Source of the DNA: a virus
Lineage: Duplodnaviria; Caudoviricetes
Length of the DNA stretch: 64,000 bases
Reading direction: 5' to 3' (one strand)
IMG/VR virus record: IMGVR_UViG_3300032272_000006
Location: 1-64,000 of that record
Position 1 is the stretch's first letter; every line of letters starts with the position of its first letter. Positions 16,590 to 26,750 of this stretch are shown in pieces. The notes under the pieces are model-generated. The model made no database searches and was not told the origin of the DNA. It saw nothing but the letters and a program-made list of their open reading frames with translations. Position numbers and translations under genes: made by a program.

Positions 16590-17810
16590 ATGGCTAACGT
16601 ACTCGGCAACTACAATCCGACTTTCTTCGCCAACGAGGCGCTCATCCAGCTTTTCAAAGCACTTGGAATGGCTGGCCGAGTTCACCGAGGCGCCGAAGAA
16701 GAGCGGAATTCCGCAGGCCGCGAATTGGGCGACACGATCAACATTCGCCGGCCGTCTCACTTCACCGCGCAGACCCACGTTCCGGGTACCGGCACGACCG
16801 ATCAGGACGTAGTCGGGCAGAACGTTCAGATCTCGCTCAACAACCACCAGGAAGTCAAGTTCGCCTTGACTGACCGTGAACTCGCCTACTCCTCGGAACG
16901 CATCATCGACGAGCACATCTCGCCTGCAGCGTATGCCCTGGCCGACAAGATCGACCAGGACCTTCATGCACTGGGCGCGACGGTGGGCCCGAAGAGCACG
17001 CTGACCGGTTCGGTGGGCGCAAACTTCATCACCAACCCTCGCGCGGTACTTCGTCAGAACGAAGCGCCGATGGACAACAACGTCCATTACCTGGTCGATA
17101 CCGGCATGGAAAATTCCTTCCTTCAGCTCGGCATCTTCCACGAGGCGCAGATTACCGGCCAAGGCGGCAATACCGATGCCTTGCAGAACGGTAGCCTGGG
17201 ACGCCGGTTCGGCGTTGAGGTCTTCACCACGCAGAATGCGGATGTGTCCGTCGCGGCCCTGTCCTCGACGATCACGGCGTCTGCTGCGACCGGTGACAAC
17301 CTCATGGCAGTGGTCGGTGACACGGCAGCCAATGTCTCGAGCCTCTCGCTCGATGGCGGCTCGCTGGTCGAGACCGCGCAGATCGGTGATACGTTCACGA
17401 TTGCCGGCGATACCACGACCTACATTCTGACCGCCAATATGACGTTGGTGGCCGGTGCAGGCACCGCGACGTTCTACCCCGCCCTGCGGACGAACGTCTT
17501 GGACAACGCGGTCGTGACCTTCGACCTCCTGTCCGCGACTCAGGAAGCCACTCACTTGCGGAACCTGATGTTCCACCGCAACGCCTTCGCTCTCGCGTTT
17601 GCTCCGCTGCCCATGACGGGTGACGGCGCCGGTGCGCAGATCGACACTGTGACCGATCCGATTACCGGCCTCAGTGTTCGTGCCCGTATGTTCTACGACG
17701 GGGACACGGCGACCAACAAGATCGCGCTCGATGCGCTGTATGGCACCCAGGTCCTTGACGGTCAGTTGGCCGTTCGGGTCGTGCGCGCCACCACCATCGC
17801 GCCGGTCTGA
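16590..17810 (+). CDS. Major capsid protein (P22 coat-like) with Ig-like insertion
   Basis: GDTINIRRP, FHRNAFALA, DALYG motifs; 406 aa. Confidence 0.9.
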   Translation: MANVLGNYNPTFFANEALIQLFKALGMAGRVHRGAEEERNSAGRELGDTINIRRPSHFTAQTHVPGTGTTDQDVVGQNVQISLNNHQEVKFALTDRELAYSSERIIDEHISPAAYALADKIDQDLHALGATVGPKSTLTGSVGANFITNPRAVLRQNEAPMDNNVHYLVDTGMENSFLQLGIFHEAQITGQGGNTDALQNGSLGRRFGVEVFTTQNADVSVAALSSTITASAATGDNLMAVVGDTAANVSSLSLDGGSLVETAQIGDTFTIAGDTTTYILTANMTLVAGAGTATFYPALRTNVLDNAVVTFDLLSATQEATHLRNLMFHRNAFALAFAPLPMTGDGAGAQIDTVTDPITGLSVRARMFYDGDTATNKIALDALYGTQVLDGQLAVRVVRATTIAPV

Positions 17811-17824
17811 GCCTAAGCGATAAC

Positions 17825-17846
17825 GGAGGGCCCTTCGGGGCCCTCC
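17825..17846 (+). terminator. Hairpin after MCP
   Basis: GGAGGGCCC-TTCG-GGGCCCTCC. Confidence 0.8.
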
Positions 17847-17889
17847 TGATCGTTTTCACCGCAACCTCGAAGAAGAAAGGCCCGAACTC

Positions 17890-18195
17890 ATGGCTACAGC
17901 AAAACGCAAGCCCACCGTCCACATCGTCAATCCCAAGGATCCGTCTGATCCTGCCCCGTGGATCGCGAACGTGGACGACGTGGCACTGAAAGGTTGGACC
18001 CTCTGGGCCGACCGTCACGATCCGAAACTCGCCGCCGACGTTGAGAAAGCGGCCGAGGTCGAGGTCGAGAAAGTTGAGTCCGACGAGAAGGGCCCCGAAG
18101 CCCCCAAGGACAACAAGACCGACGACAAGCCGGCCGAAGTGAAAGACGGTTCCGCCGTCGATCCGAAAGACGTCAAAAAGGCGCCCGGTAAATAA
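17890..18195 (+). CDS. Charged low-complexity hypothetical protein
   Basis: K/E/D-rich C-terminus. Confidence 0.7.
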   Translation: MATAKRKPTVHIVNPKDPSDPAPWIANVDDVALKGWTLWADRHDPKLAADVEKAAEVEVEKVESDEKGPEAPKDNKTDDKPAEVKDGSAVDPKDVKKAPGK

Positions 18196-18230
18196 GAAGA
18201 GCCGTAAGGCTCCCCTCCCGTTGTGAACTT

Positions 18231-18264
18231 TAGGCCCCGGATTAAAACCCCGGGGCCTATTTTT
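18231..18264 (+). terminator. Rho-independent terminator, paralog of 54499-54530
   Basis: TAGGCCCCGG-ATTAAAAC-CCGGGGCCTA then T-run. Confidence 0.8.
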
Positions 18265-18324
18265 ATGCTTCACACCGACCGGCGAATGTCTTAATATGTT
18301 GCAACCACTGAAGGTGAGTTTACT

Positions 18325-18645
18325 ATGGAAGCCCTCGCAATCTCATGGCCTGCTGCCGTCGCTATTATTGCGTCGACCATCGCTATCACTGTAGGAGCAA
18401 TTAGGATCATGGGCCAGGGTAAGGACACCATCACGGTCGGAAGTTTGAAGAAGGATCATGCCGCACTCAACGAGCGAGTGCGCGGTGTCGAAACGTCGAT
18501 GGCAAAAATGGAGTCCGACTTGTCCGGTGTGATCACAACTCAGATCAAGGATCTGAAGAATGACGTCCAACGCCTAGACGGTAAGATGGACACCATGGTA
18601 AAGGAAGTCATCAACGCTCTAGCATCCCTCAAAAATAAGGATTAA
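18325..18645 (+). CDS. Membrane-anchored coiled-coil protein
   Basis: One N-terminal TM helix and heptad repeats. Confidence 0.7.
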   Translation: MEALAISWPAAVAIIASTIAITVGAIRIMGQGKDTITVGSLKKDHAALNERVRGVETSMAKMESDLSGVITTQIKDLKNDVQRLDGKMDTMVKEVINALASLKNKD

Positions 18646-18647
18646 AC

Positions 18648-20288
18648 ATGGCAGGAGCTGCACCGCCGGCTCTCACGGAGGCAGACCTTCGCGAGACACA
18701 CCGCGTCTTTATGTTGATGGGTGGCTCAGTACGAGGCACCTCAAAATTTATTGGAATCAGTCGAGCGTCAGTCAGGAAGCGTCTCGACAAAGCACAGACC
18801 GAACTCGGTCTCGAATGGAAGGCCGATCTTGTTGGCGGACGGATCGAGCCTCGCAAGGCGACGAAAAAGAAGCTACCTGCCAAGAATTCAGTCGCCCATT
18901 ACATCATCACATCCGCCCAGAACAACACGACCGCGAACTACGCCTTCTGGGACAACCTCCTTGCCTACGCGAAGCACCTCGACGCCGAGATCCTCGTCTC
19001 GCAGTTCACCTACAACAAGACACGGTATGGGCGAAAGTCAGTCAAGCCGGGCTCCGAGCCGACGGCGGACGACGTTGCAGATCTCTGGTACGATGATGTC
19101 TTCGACGGATACATTGCCAACGACCCAATCGAATTGGCGCCCATGCTCGTCTACTGCGGTGAGCAAAACACTTTGCCTACCGACGTGCGCCCACTCTCCG
19201 GCCTCGAGACGTACACAGGCGCGAAGTCAGGCATATTTCCTCATGCCAAGATGGCCCTCACGAGCGTCCCGTCTCTGAAGGAGCACGGCGCAAAGTTCAA
19301 CTACACGACGGGCACGGCAACGGCTCGAAATTACATCCAGAAAAAGACGGGCCTCAAAGCCGAATTCCATCACACCTATGGCGCCTTGCACGTCGAAGTC
19401 GATCACGATGGCAACTGGTTCGTTCGCCAACTCAACGCGACCGACGACGGCGCCTTCCAAGACCTGGACGTGATCGTTGACCGGAAGAAGGTAACGACCG
19501 GCAATCGCGTCGAAGGTATCAATTGGGGCGACGTTCACCGCGAACAGATCGACCCAGTTGTCCGCGCGATGAACTGGGGCGGCGGTGCCAATTGCATCAT
19601 CGACGAACTGCGACCCAAGTACCAGTTCATGCACGACACGGTCGACTTCTATCGACGCAATCACCACGCCCGCGGCAACGCTCATAAGAATTTCGCGCTG
19701 TGGGTCAAAGGTACCGAGAGCGTCGAGGAGGAAATGCTCAACGTCGCCACCTTCATGCGCGACGAGGCGAGTCGGGACTTCTGTAAGATGGTGGTCGTCG
19801 ATTCCAACCACGACAACGCACTGCTAAAATGGCTGCGCGAAGGCGACTACCGGAACGATCCTGTCAACGCATTGTTCTACCTTCGAAGTCAGACGGCCGT
19901 TTACGAAGCCATCGCGTCCCAGGATGCGAACTTCCACATCGTCGAGCACGTCCTGCAAAGCCAAGGCGTTCCTAAGAAGGTGACGTTCCTTCGGGACGAT
20001 GACTCCTTCGTTATCGCGGGATCTATCGAGTGCGGCATGCACGGGCACATAGGACCGAACGGCGCACGAGGTATGCCGCAGAACCTTTCCCGTATGGGCA
20101 AGAAAGCGAACACCGGTCACACGCATTCCGCACAGATCATAGACGGCATGTATGTTGCTGGCACTTGTTCATTGCTAAATCTCGACTATAATACAGGTCC
20201 ATCTTCTTGGTCCCATTCGCATGTCGTCACATACCCGAACGGCAAGCGCGCAATCATTACCGTCTACAACGGGAAGTGGCGGGCCTAA
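18648..20288 (+). CDS. Metallophosphoesterase-fold protein resembling T5 A1, with N-terminal HTH
   Basis: ITSAQNNT; WGDVH, SNHD, HGH, GHTH metal motifs; YPNGKR C-terminus. Confidence 0.7.
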   Translation: MAGAAPPALTEADLRETHRVFMLMGGSVRGTSKFIGISRASVRKRLDKAQTELGLEWKADLVGGRIEPRKATKKKLPAKNSVAHYIITSAQNNTTANYAFWDNLLAYAKHLDAEILVSQFTYNKTRYGRKSVKPGSEPTADDVADLWYDDVFDGYIANDPIELAPMLVYCGEQNTLPTDVRPLSGLETYTGAKSGIFPHAKMALTSVPSLKEHGAKFNYTTGTATARNYIQKKTGLKAEFHHTYGALHVEVDHDGNWFVRQLNATDDGAFQDLDVIVDRKKVTTGNRVEGINWGDVHREQIDPVVRAMNWGGGANCIIDELRPKYQFMHDTVDFYRRNHHARGNAHKNFALWVKGTESVEEEMLNVATFMRDEASRDFCKMVVVDSNHDNALLKWLREGDYRNDPVNALFYLRSQTAVYEAIASQDANFHIVEHVLQSQGVPKKVTFLRDDDSFVIAGSIECGMHGHIGPNGARGMPQNLSRMGKKANTGHTHSAQIIDGMYVAGTCSLLNLDYNTGPSSWSHSHVVTYPNGKRAIITVYNGKWRA

Positions 20289-20307
20289 CGTTTAAACGGA
20301 GTGCCCC

Positions 20308-20790
20308 ATGGCTATCACGGTAGGAACAGACACCAACCAGACCCTCGTTGAAGCCGACCTTTACTGGTCAAATCGAGGCAACACCGACTGGGCAGCTCTC
20401 TCGGACGCAGATAAAGAAATCAACCTGCGCAAAGCCGCCGACTGGCTAGAACGGAATTTCCGTTGGCGCGGGACGCGCAAGACGGCATCCCAGCGACTCG
20501 GGTGGCCGCGGGACCAGGCTTTCGACGAAGACAGTTTTGTCATTGGTGACACAGCGGCTCCGCCCATCGTCAAAGAGGCCGAGGCAATCGTCGCTGATCT
20601 TTACCGTGCAGGCGTGAACGACCTCGAAGGCATTGTTACTGATACCGAGTCGGCAGTCATCAAAGAAAAGGTTGACGTGATCGAAGTCGCTTATGACTCG
20701 ACATCTCGCATCCGAGGCGCCGACGTGATCAGTCATGTCCACCTCATGCTTCGCGGTGTCGTTCTCGGCAATCAGTTGTTGAGGTCGTAA
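20308..20790 (+). CDS. Head-tail adaptor (DnaT-like neck protein)
   Basis: EADLYW, QRLGWPR, KEKVDVIEVAY motifs; position. Confidence 0.8.
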   Translation: MAITVGTDTNQTLVEADLYWSNRGNTDWAALSDADKEINLRKAADWLERNFRWRGTRKTASQRLGWPRDQAFDEDSFVIGDTAAPPIVKEAEAIVADLYRAGVNDLEGIVTDTESAVIKEKVDVIEVAYDSTSRIRGADVISHVHLMLRGVVLGNQLLRS

Positions 20791-21170
20791 TGTCTGCTTT
20801 CTACGACAACCTGCGAGACAATGTTGCCGGCCCTTTGATCACCAAGTTCGGGCGGGATGCAACGCTGCGGCAGCAAACCAACACCTACGTTCCGGCGACC
20901 GGTGTTGCCACCAACGTCAATGTTGACACCGCGGTGAAGATCGTTACTTTGCCCATGTCGAAGGCGAAAGACGTCTTTCGTGACGATCTCGTGGAATCGT
21001 TCGACCAATTTGTCATTATGTCGGCAGAGCAAACGGCAGCGGCTGCGATAGAGCCCGGTACCGATGATATCTTGGTGATCGGGTCGGAAATAAGTCGCAT
21101 CGTAGCGCTGACCCCGTTAGAGCCCGACGGGACCAAGGTGATCTACAAGATCGGAATTGCGAGAGCTTAA
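20790..21170 (+). CDS. Head closure / head-tail joining protein
   Basis: Size, synteny, YVPATG motif. Confidence 0.7.
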   Translation: MSAFYDNLRDNVAGPLITKFGRDATLRQQTNTYVPATGVATNVNVDTAVKIVTLPMSKAKDVFRDDLVESFDQFVIMSAEQTAAAAIEPGTDDILVIGSEISRIVALTPLEPDGTKVIYKIGIARA

Positions 21171-21574
21171 TGGCGGGAAAAAGCGCTACGGCGTTCAATA
21201 TCGACCTAAAGAAATTCGGTGACGTGACCGAGCAGCAGGCCGGACAGATCTTCCGCAAGATTGCGCTTGATCTTGACCGTTCGGTTGTGCTTGACACGCC
21301 GGTCGATGAAGGCCGGGCGCGTGGCAACTGGTATCCCTCGATCAACAGCCCCTCGAGCGAAGTCAACGAAGACAGCAAAGGTGCGGCAGCATCTCTCGGC
21401 CGCCTCGGCGGTGTCGTCGGTGGGGCAAAGCTCGGTCAGGTAATCTGGATGACCAACAACCTGCCCTATATCCTACCGCTCGAGAACGGGCACTCAGGAC
21501 AGGCGCCTGACGGTATGGTGGAGGTCAACGTGCAAAGGGCCGCGGCAACATTCGGCGGGAGTATTGAGCGATGA
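21170..21574 (+). CDS. Neck/tail completion protein (HK97 gp10-like)
   Basis: TPVDEGRARGNW, NNLPYILPLENGHSGQAP motifs. Confidence 0.8.
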   Translation: MAGKSATAFNIDLKKFGDVTEQQAGQIFRKIALDLDRSVVLDTPVDEGRARGNWYPSINSPSSEVNEDSKGAAASLGRLGGVVGGAKLGQVIWMTNNLPYILPLENGHSGQAPDGMVEVNVQRAAATFGGSIER

Positions 21575-21990
21575 CTTACGAGGCACAGGACAACGCAATC
21601 AGGACTCGCTTCTCGACGCAGTACGCGCTCGGGACCAATCATCCCGTAGCATATCCCAATGCAGAATTCTCGACGAAACCGACGGACGACGTCTGGCTTC
21701 GCTTCGTCATGCAGGACGCTGGCGCCAATCAAGTGTCGATGGGAGACCCGGGTAATAATTTCCATCGACATACCGGGTTACTTACCTTTATGATATTCAC
21801 GCCTTTAAACCAAGGCGATGCTGAAGCGTTGCAGGTCGCGGATGAGGTTGCTGCTATCTTCCGGGGATGGCAGGATCCATCGTCGAGAGTTTTCTTCCGC
21901 CAGCCGCCTTTCGTTCGTCGCATTGGTGCAGATGGCAAATGGTACCAGGTAAACTTGTTGTGCCCGTTTGAGCGCGACTCATTGTTCTAG
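21571..21990 (+). CDS. Tail terminator protein
   Basis: Synteny; VAYPN, WLRF, WYQVNL pattern. Confidence 0.75.
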   Translation: MTYEAQDNAIRTRFSTQYALGTNHPVAYPNAEFSTKPTDDVWLRFVMQDAGANQVSMGDPGNNFHRHTGLLTFMIFTPLNQGDAEALQVADEVAAIFRGWQDPSSRVFFRQPPFVRRIGADGKWYQVNLLCPFERDSLF

Positions 21991-22014
21991 GCCTAGAACA
22001 CAAGGAGAAAGAAA

Positions 22015-23223
22015 ATGACTTTTGCTGTTTCCAACCGAGTGGCCCTCCGATACGTCGCGGAAGTGACGTGGGGCACGACTCCAGGAACTCCTACGCTGCT
22101 GAATCTTCGGTTCACGTCGGAGTCCCTCAACTACAATGCCGACTTCATTACCTCGGAAGAGATCCGAGCCGACCGCATGGTTCCTGATACCGTCCAGGTG
22201 TCGTCCTCGGCTGGTGGAGACATCAACGGTGAGCTGTCCTACGCCACCTACGATGACTGGATCGAAGCCGCGATGTTCAGCACCTGGATCACGGCAGCGA
22301 TTGCTGAAGGTCCGAACTCGGACGTGACCTTGACCAAGAGCGCTGGAACGCCGAACACTTGGGACATGACGTCCGCGGCTACTGCTGACTGGACGGCCAT
22401 GGGTGCTGTCGAAGGTCAGATTGTCCGCGTCACTGGCTACGTGACTGCTGGCACGTTCTACGCGCGCCTGACCGCTGCACCGACCACGCTCGTTCTTGCC
22501 ATCGCGCCTTTCCAAGATATCGCCACGGAAGCCTCAGGCGCTGCGATCACGGTAACGCCTCTCGATTACGTTCGGAACGGCGTGCTCAATCGCTCGTTCA
22601 CCGTGCAGAAGGAATTCTCGGATCTCACGACTCCCGAATTCTGGAACTTCACAGGCGCCCGAGTCGGTACCTTCAGTCTCGAACTTGCCACTGGGTCGAT
22701 CCTCAACACCTCGTTCTCGGTGCTTGCATCGGACGCGGCGATGACCGAGACGCAGTTTGCCGGTTCCTCGATCACGGCGGCGAATACCAACACCGTCATG
22801 AACGCGGTTGACAATGTGGCGACGATCACCTTTGACAGTGACGCTGGTGGGACTCAGTTCTTCTTCAACTCCTTGTCGATTGATCTCGACAACGCCCTCC
22901 GGGGACAGGAGGCGATTGGGACGCTGGGCTTCTTGGGTGTCGAGCCAGGCCGAATTGCCTTGACCGGCAGCATCGAGCTCTACTTTGAGTCCTCGGCGTT
23001 GTTTGATCTGTTCCGCGCCGCTACGGCCTTCGCCCTTGACTTCCGCGTTGCCGACCCGAGCGGCAACGAGTACGTCATCTCGATTCCGCGTGCCAAGTAC
23101 ACGTCAATGGACATCACGGCCGGTGGCCTTGATCAAGACATCTTCGCTTCAGCCGAGTTCGAGGTTATTATCAACTCCGCCGGAACGTATATGTACCAGA
23201 TCAGCCGACGCGCTGGTCCGTAA
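22015..23223 (+). CDS. Major tail tube protein
   Basis: EVTWGTTP, SEEIRADR, SFTVQK motifs; 402 aa. Confidence 0.85.
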   Translation: MTFAVSNRVALRYVAEVTWGTTPGTPTLLNLRFTSESLNYNADFITSEEIRADRMVPDTVQVSSSAGGDINGELSYATYDDWIEAAMFSTWITAAIAEGPNSDVTLTKSAGTPNTWDMTSAATADWTAMGAVEGQIVRVTGYVTAGTFYARLTAAPTTLVLAIAPFQDIATEASGAAITVTPLDYVRNGVLNRSFTVQKEFSDLTTPEFWNFTGARVGTFSLELATGSILNTSFSVLASDAAMTETQFAGSSITAANTNTVMNAVDNVATITFDSDAGGTQFFFNSLSIDLDNALRGQEAIGTLGFLGVEPGRIALTGSIELYFESSALFDLFRAATAFALDFRVADPSGNEYVISIPRAKYTSMDITAGGLDQDIFASAEFEVIINSAGTYMYQISRRAGP

Positions 23224-23312
23224 GATCCGAAGGATCCCGAACATCCTGCGCAGGATTGGGAGGCGGTGGTCGGGTCGCCGCCTCCCTTCTCTAACCCGAC
23301 TGGAGTCAATAT

Positions 23313-23744
23313 ATGTTTGACCTTAACTCTCTACGAACGAACGAAGACCTCGAAAATTCCGGTGTCTGGCGAGAGCTCGGCAACGGAGCAAAGCTGCTTC
23401 TTGCCCGCCTCGGCAACGCCGAATTCTCGAAAATGTTTGCCGAACTGGTGCAGCCGTATGCCGAGACAGGAACGAAGGTTCCGGTTGACGTGCAGAAGGA
23501 AGTGTCGGTCAAATGCCTCGCCCGTACCGTATTGCTCGGCTGGGAAGGCATCTTCGACGGCGAGACGCCGTTGGAATACTCATACGACAATGCTGTCCGC
23601 GTCCTGACCGAGATCAAGGATTTCCGGGAACTCGTCTTGAAGCTGGCAGCCGACCTCGACGCCTACAAGGACAAGAAGGACGAGGAGCTGGTGGGAAACT
23701 CTCCGAGTGCGTCGGATGGCTCACCCAGTTTGGAGACAAACTAG
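23313..23744 (+). CDS. Tail assembly chaperone (G)
   Basis: Between tube and tape measure; LLGWEGI motif. Confidence 0.85.
   Translation: MFDLNSLRTNEDLENSGVWRELGNGAKLLLARLGNAEFSKMFAELVQPYAETGTKVPVDVQKEVSVKCLARTVLLGWEGIFDGETPLEYSYDNAVRVLTEIKDFRELVLKLAADLDAYKDKKDEELVGNSPSASDGSPSLETN
23693..23699 (+). other. Programmed -1 frameshift site G GGA AAC
   Basis: X XXY YYZ heptamer near end of G gene; -1 frame open to 24103. Confidence 0.8.
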
Positions 23745-24103
23745 AGACGCTCGAGAAGATCAAAAGCATGGGTGGTAAGGCACCGCCCATGCTCGCGAGC
23801 CAGCCGAAACTTCTCGCCGAAGCACAACCATTCTTCCAAGCCTTCTGTCGACTTCAAGGCTCAAGGCGCCCCGGGTATAACGAAATCGGCGCTATACCAA
23901 TGTCGGAGATTTCTTCCTACTTCGACGTGTTCCGAATTAACAACCTCGACATGCGAGACCGTTATGTTAAACTAATCACTGCCTGTGATAGGGCCTACTT
24001 AGAAGCCCAGGAGAAGAAAAGTGGCACAGGAAACAAGTCTAAGGGTAGGAGTGGACAGCCGGCCGGCGGAACAGGGCGTCCGCCGAGCGCGAGGAGCGCT
24101 TAA
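23693..24103 (+). CDS. Frameshift extension of tail chaperone (T part of G-T)
   Basis: FQAFCRLQGSR...IGAIPMSEI motif typical of T domains. Confidence 0.75.
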   Translation, partial: GKLSECVGWLTQFGDKLETLEKIKSMGGKAPPMLASQPKLLAEAQPFFQAFCRLQGSRRPGYNEIGAIPMSEISSYFDVFRINNLDMRDRYVKLITACDRAYLEAQEKKSGTGNKSKGRSGQPAGGTGRPPSARSA

Positions 24104-26750
24104 AGGTCTACAATCCGAAGCCCGGAAGACAGAAACCCAATTTCAGAAACTGCAGAATTCCTTGGGCGGGTTCCGCACGCTTTTTGCTGGGATTGGGGTG
24201 GGCCTTGTCGCGCGAGAATTTGCGCAGCTCCTAGATTCCACTACCAACATCGACAACCGACTAAAGCTGGTGACGAAGACAGGCGGCGAAGTCAACGCTA
24301 TCTTCTCAGAGCTGTCTGCTATCTCACGCGAAACCCGGACGGGTCTCGAGGCGAATGCCAACCTGTTCAATCGCATGGCGCTGGCGACGAAAGAGCTGGG
24401 ATTGACGTTCCGGGAGCAGCTTGACCTCACCAAGGGTCTGAACCAAGCCCTCGTCATCTCCGGCGCAAGCGCGGCGGAGGGCGGTGCTGGCCTGATCCAG
24501 TTATCCCAGGGCCTTGCTGCGGGCGCTCTGCGCGGCGACGAACTGCGTTCTGTGCTGGAGGGCCTGCCGAAGGTCGCGGATGTTATCGCGCAAGGCTTGG
24601 GCGTCACTCGTGGTGAATTGCGGGAGCTGGGCGAGCAGGGCAAGATCAGCGCGAAGGCGGTCGTCGATGCGTTCAAGAAGGCCGCACCTGAACTCGAAAA
24701 GGAGTTCGCTAAGATTGCACCAACCATCGAGTCGGCCTTCACGGTCCTCAGCAATGCAGCCATCGAGTTCACTCGCAAATTGAATACCGCGACGGGCGTA
24801 GGCGGCGGCTTTGCCAAGGTCATCCTTGGCCTCGCTGACAACTTCAACGTCCTCGCGTCGGTCGCGGCTGGCTTCGCAGTCATCCTTGCCGGCGTTGTCA
24901 CCAAGGCAGTCATCGGGTTCGGTGTCGCACTCGCGGCAAACCCAATCGGCCTCGCTATCATTGCGGTAGGTGCGCTATCAGCGGCACTCGGCATCTTCGG
25001 TGACACGACGTCCGAGGTAGCGGGCATGACGGTCACGGGTTGGCAGCAAATTGAGGCCGCGGTCGTGACTGCTTGGGGCTTCATCAAGCCAATCTTTGAC
25101 ACATGGAAAAAGGTGTTCACCGAGATTGGGGGTTCCGTCAGCGGCTTTGCTAAAGGAATGAAAGTCGACCTAAGTGGCGTTGCTGACTTCATGAAGGGCT
25201 GGGCATCAATCGTCCTAGGCATCATGGGTGCCGTGCCCAAGTCAATTCTCGTGGTATTCGACAACCTTCCGGATGGGATTGAAGCCGTCCTTAAGCAAAC
25301 CATAAACAAGTTCCTCGACTTCCGACGCTTCATCCTCGACAAGATCGGAGCCATCCCGGGCGCGATTGCTCGCATCTTCGGGCAGGACGAAATCGCCAAT
25401 TCACTCGACAAGACAGCGGGCAAGCTTGGTGCCGCACTTGACGTTCCGCGACTCAAGCTGACTGACGGCGCTCAAGAAACTTCTGACAAGTTGAAAGCGA
25501 TATGGACGGATGCGTTCCGCACCGACCGGCTCGACAACTTCGGGGACTCCTACGAGAACAACTTGGCAAAGATCGTCGCGTCCGACAACGCCGCGCAGGC
25601 CTCGGCTGATCTGCTTAAGAACAAGTTCGGCGAACTCAATGCGAAGATGAAAGAGAACGCCGAGATCGTCAAGGCGCGGGAGAAGTTCGTCAAAAAGATG
25701 CAGGCCGACTTTGACAAGTTGCGCGAGGCGACGGGACGCGCGACCGAGGTCACCAAGGAATGGGCCGACAAACAGATTGCCGAATTGAAGCGCTTGGGAC
25801 TCGAGAACACGAAATACGCCGCCCAGTTCGAAGAGCTCTTGCTCAATCGTGTCCAAGCCGCGCGACTCAAGGACCTTGAGAACAATCAGGCATGGGCGCT
25901 GGGTCTCACAGAAACCCAACGCGGTGTTGCGGAGTCGATCAGGTCCGAGTACGAGACCATTCGAAGCGCGCGAGGCGAGAACGTTGCCCAGTTGAATGAG
26001 TGGGCAGAGATGGAGCGCGCCAAGCTGCGGGAGTTGGGGCTCGAGAACAGCATCTTCGCTCAGCAGGTAGAGGAAATCTACGCGAGCCGATTGCCTGAGG
26101 CGCGTCGTGCAGACATCAATTCGGCAACGGACGCTGTTGGCGGCATCAAGCAGGCGATGCTCGAATATACCGACTCAGTGGGAACCGCTGCTGATCAGAC
26201 GAAGAAACTCTTTACCGACGCCTTCAAGGGCGCAGAAGACGCGCTGGTCACTTTCGTTAAGACGGGCAAGCTCGATTTCCAGAGCCTCGTTGACTCGATG
26301 ATCGAGGACCTCATCCGTCTCGGCATTCAGCAGGCAATCACTGCCGCAATCGGCGGCATTGGTGGAGGCATCGGAGGCGGTGGCGGTGGAGGCGGCATTG
26401 GTGGAATCGTCACCTCATTGATTGGCGGACTATTCAAGGAGGGCGGGTTGTCAACCAATCCGCTTTCGAGTACAATGGCTCCTGCTAGCGCGTTTAAAGG
26501 CGCGCCTCACTTTGAGACCGGCGGCGTCACGGGCGGGATGCCAGCCATCCTCCACAAGAACGAAGCCGTCATTCCGCTTTCCAAAGGACGTAAGGTTCCA
26601 GTCGATATGGGTCAACAGGGTAAGCAGGGAGACAACATCGTTAACTACAACATCACCACGTCCGATGCTGACTCATTCAAGCGCTCACAAGATCAGATTA
26701 CTGCTCGCGCCTCGCGCGGCCTGCAGCGCGCAAACCGTAGGAACAACTAA
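24021..26750 (+). CDS. Tape measure protein
   Basis: QLSQGLAAGALRGDELRSV motif, long helical Ala/Gly-rich ORF, 909 aa. Confidence 0.93.
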   Translation: MAQETSLRVGVDSRPAEQGVRRARGALKGLQSEARKTETQFQKLQNSLGGFRTLFAGIGVGLVAREFAQLLDSTTNIDNRLKLVTKTGGEVNAIFSELSAISRETRTGLEANANLFNRMALATKELGLTFREQLDLTKGLNQALVISGASAAEGGAGLIQLSQGLAAGALRGDELRSVLEGLPKVADVIAQGLGVTRGELRELGEQGKISAKAVVDAFKKAAPELEKEFAKIAPTIESAFTVLSNAAIEFTRKLNTATGVGGGFAKVILGLADNFNVLASVAAGFAVILAGVVTKAVIGFGVALAANPIGLAIIAVGALSAALGIFGDTTSEVAGMTVTGWQQIEAAVVTAWGFIKPIFDTWKKVFTEIGGSVSGFAKGMKVDLSGVADFMKGWASIVLGIMGAVPKSILVVFDNLPDGIEAVLKQTINKFLDFRRFILDKIGAIPGAIARIFGQDEIANSLDKTAGKLGAALDVPRLKLTDGAQETSDKLKAIWTDAFRTDRLDNFGDSYENNLAKIVASDNAAQASADLLKNKFGELNAKMKENAEIVKAREKFVKKMQADFDKLREATGRATEVTKEWADKQIAELKRLGLENTKYAAQFEELLLNRVQAARLKDLENNQAWALGLTETQRGVAESIRSEYETIRSARGENVAQLNEWAEMERAKLRELGLENSIFAQQVEEIYASRLPEARRADINSATDAVGGIKQAMLEYTDSVGTAADQTKKLFTDAFKGAEDALVTFVKTGKLDFQSLVDSMIEDLIRLGIQQAITAAIGGIGGGIGGGGGGGGIGGIVTSLIGGLFKEGGLSTNPLSSTMAPASAFKGAPHFETGGVTGGMPAILHKNEAVIPLSKGRKVPVDMGQQGKQGDNIVNYNITTSDADSFKRSQDQITARASRGLQRANRRNN

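Noticed and set aside
16449-17576. Long antisense ORFs (also 8490-9098, 7394-8083, 24143-25456)
   Set aside because: Shadows of GC-rich sense genes; no RBS or recognisable motifs.
26350-26405. GGC/GGT-rich repeat
   Set aside because: Gly-rich linker codons of the tape measure C-terminus.
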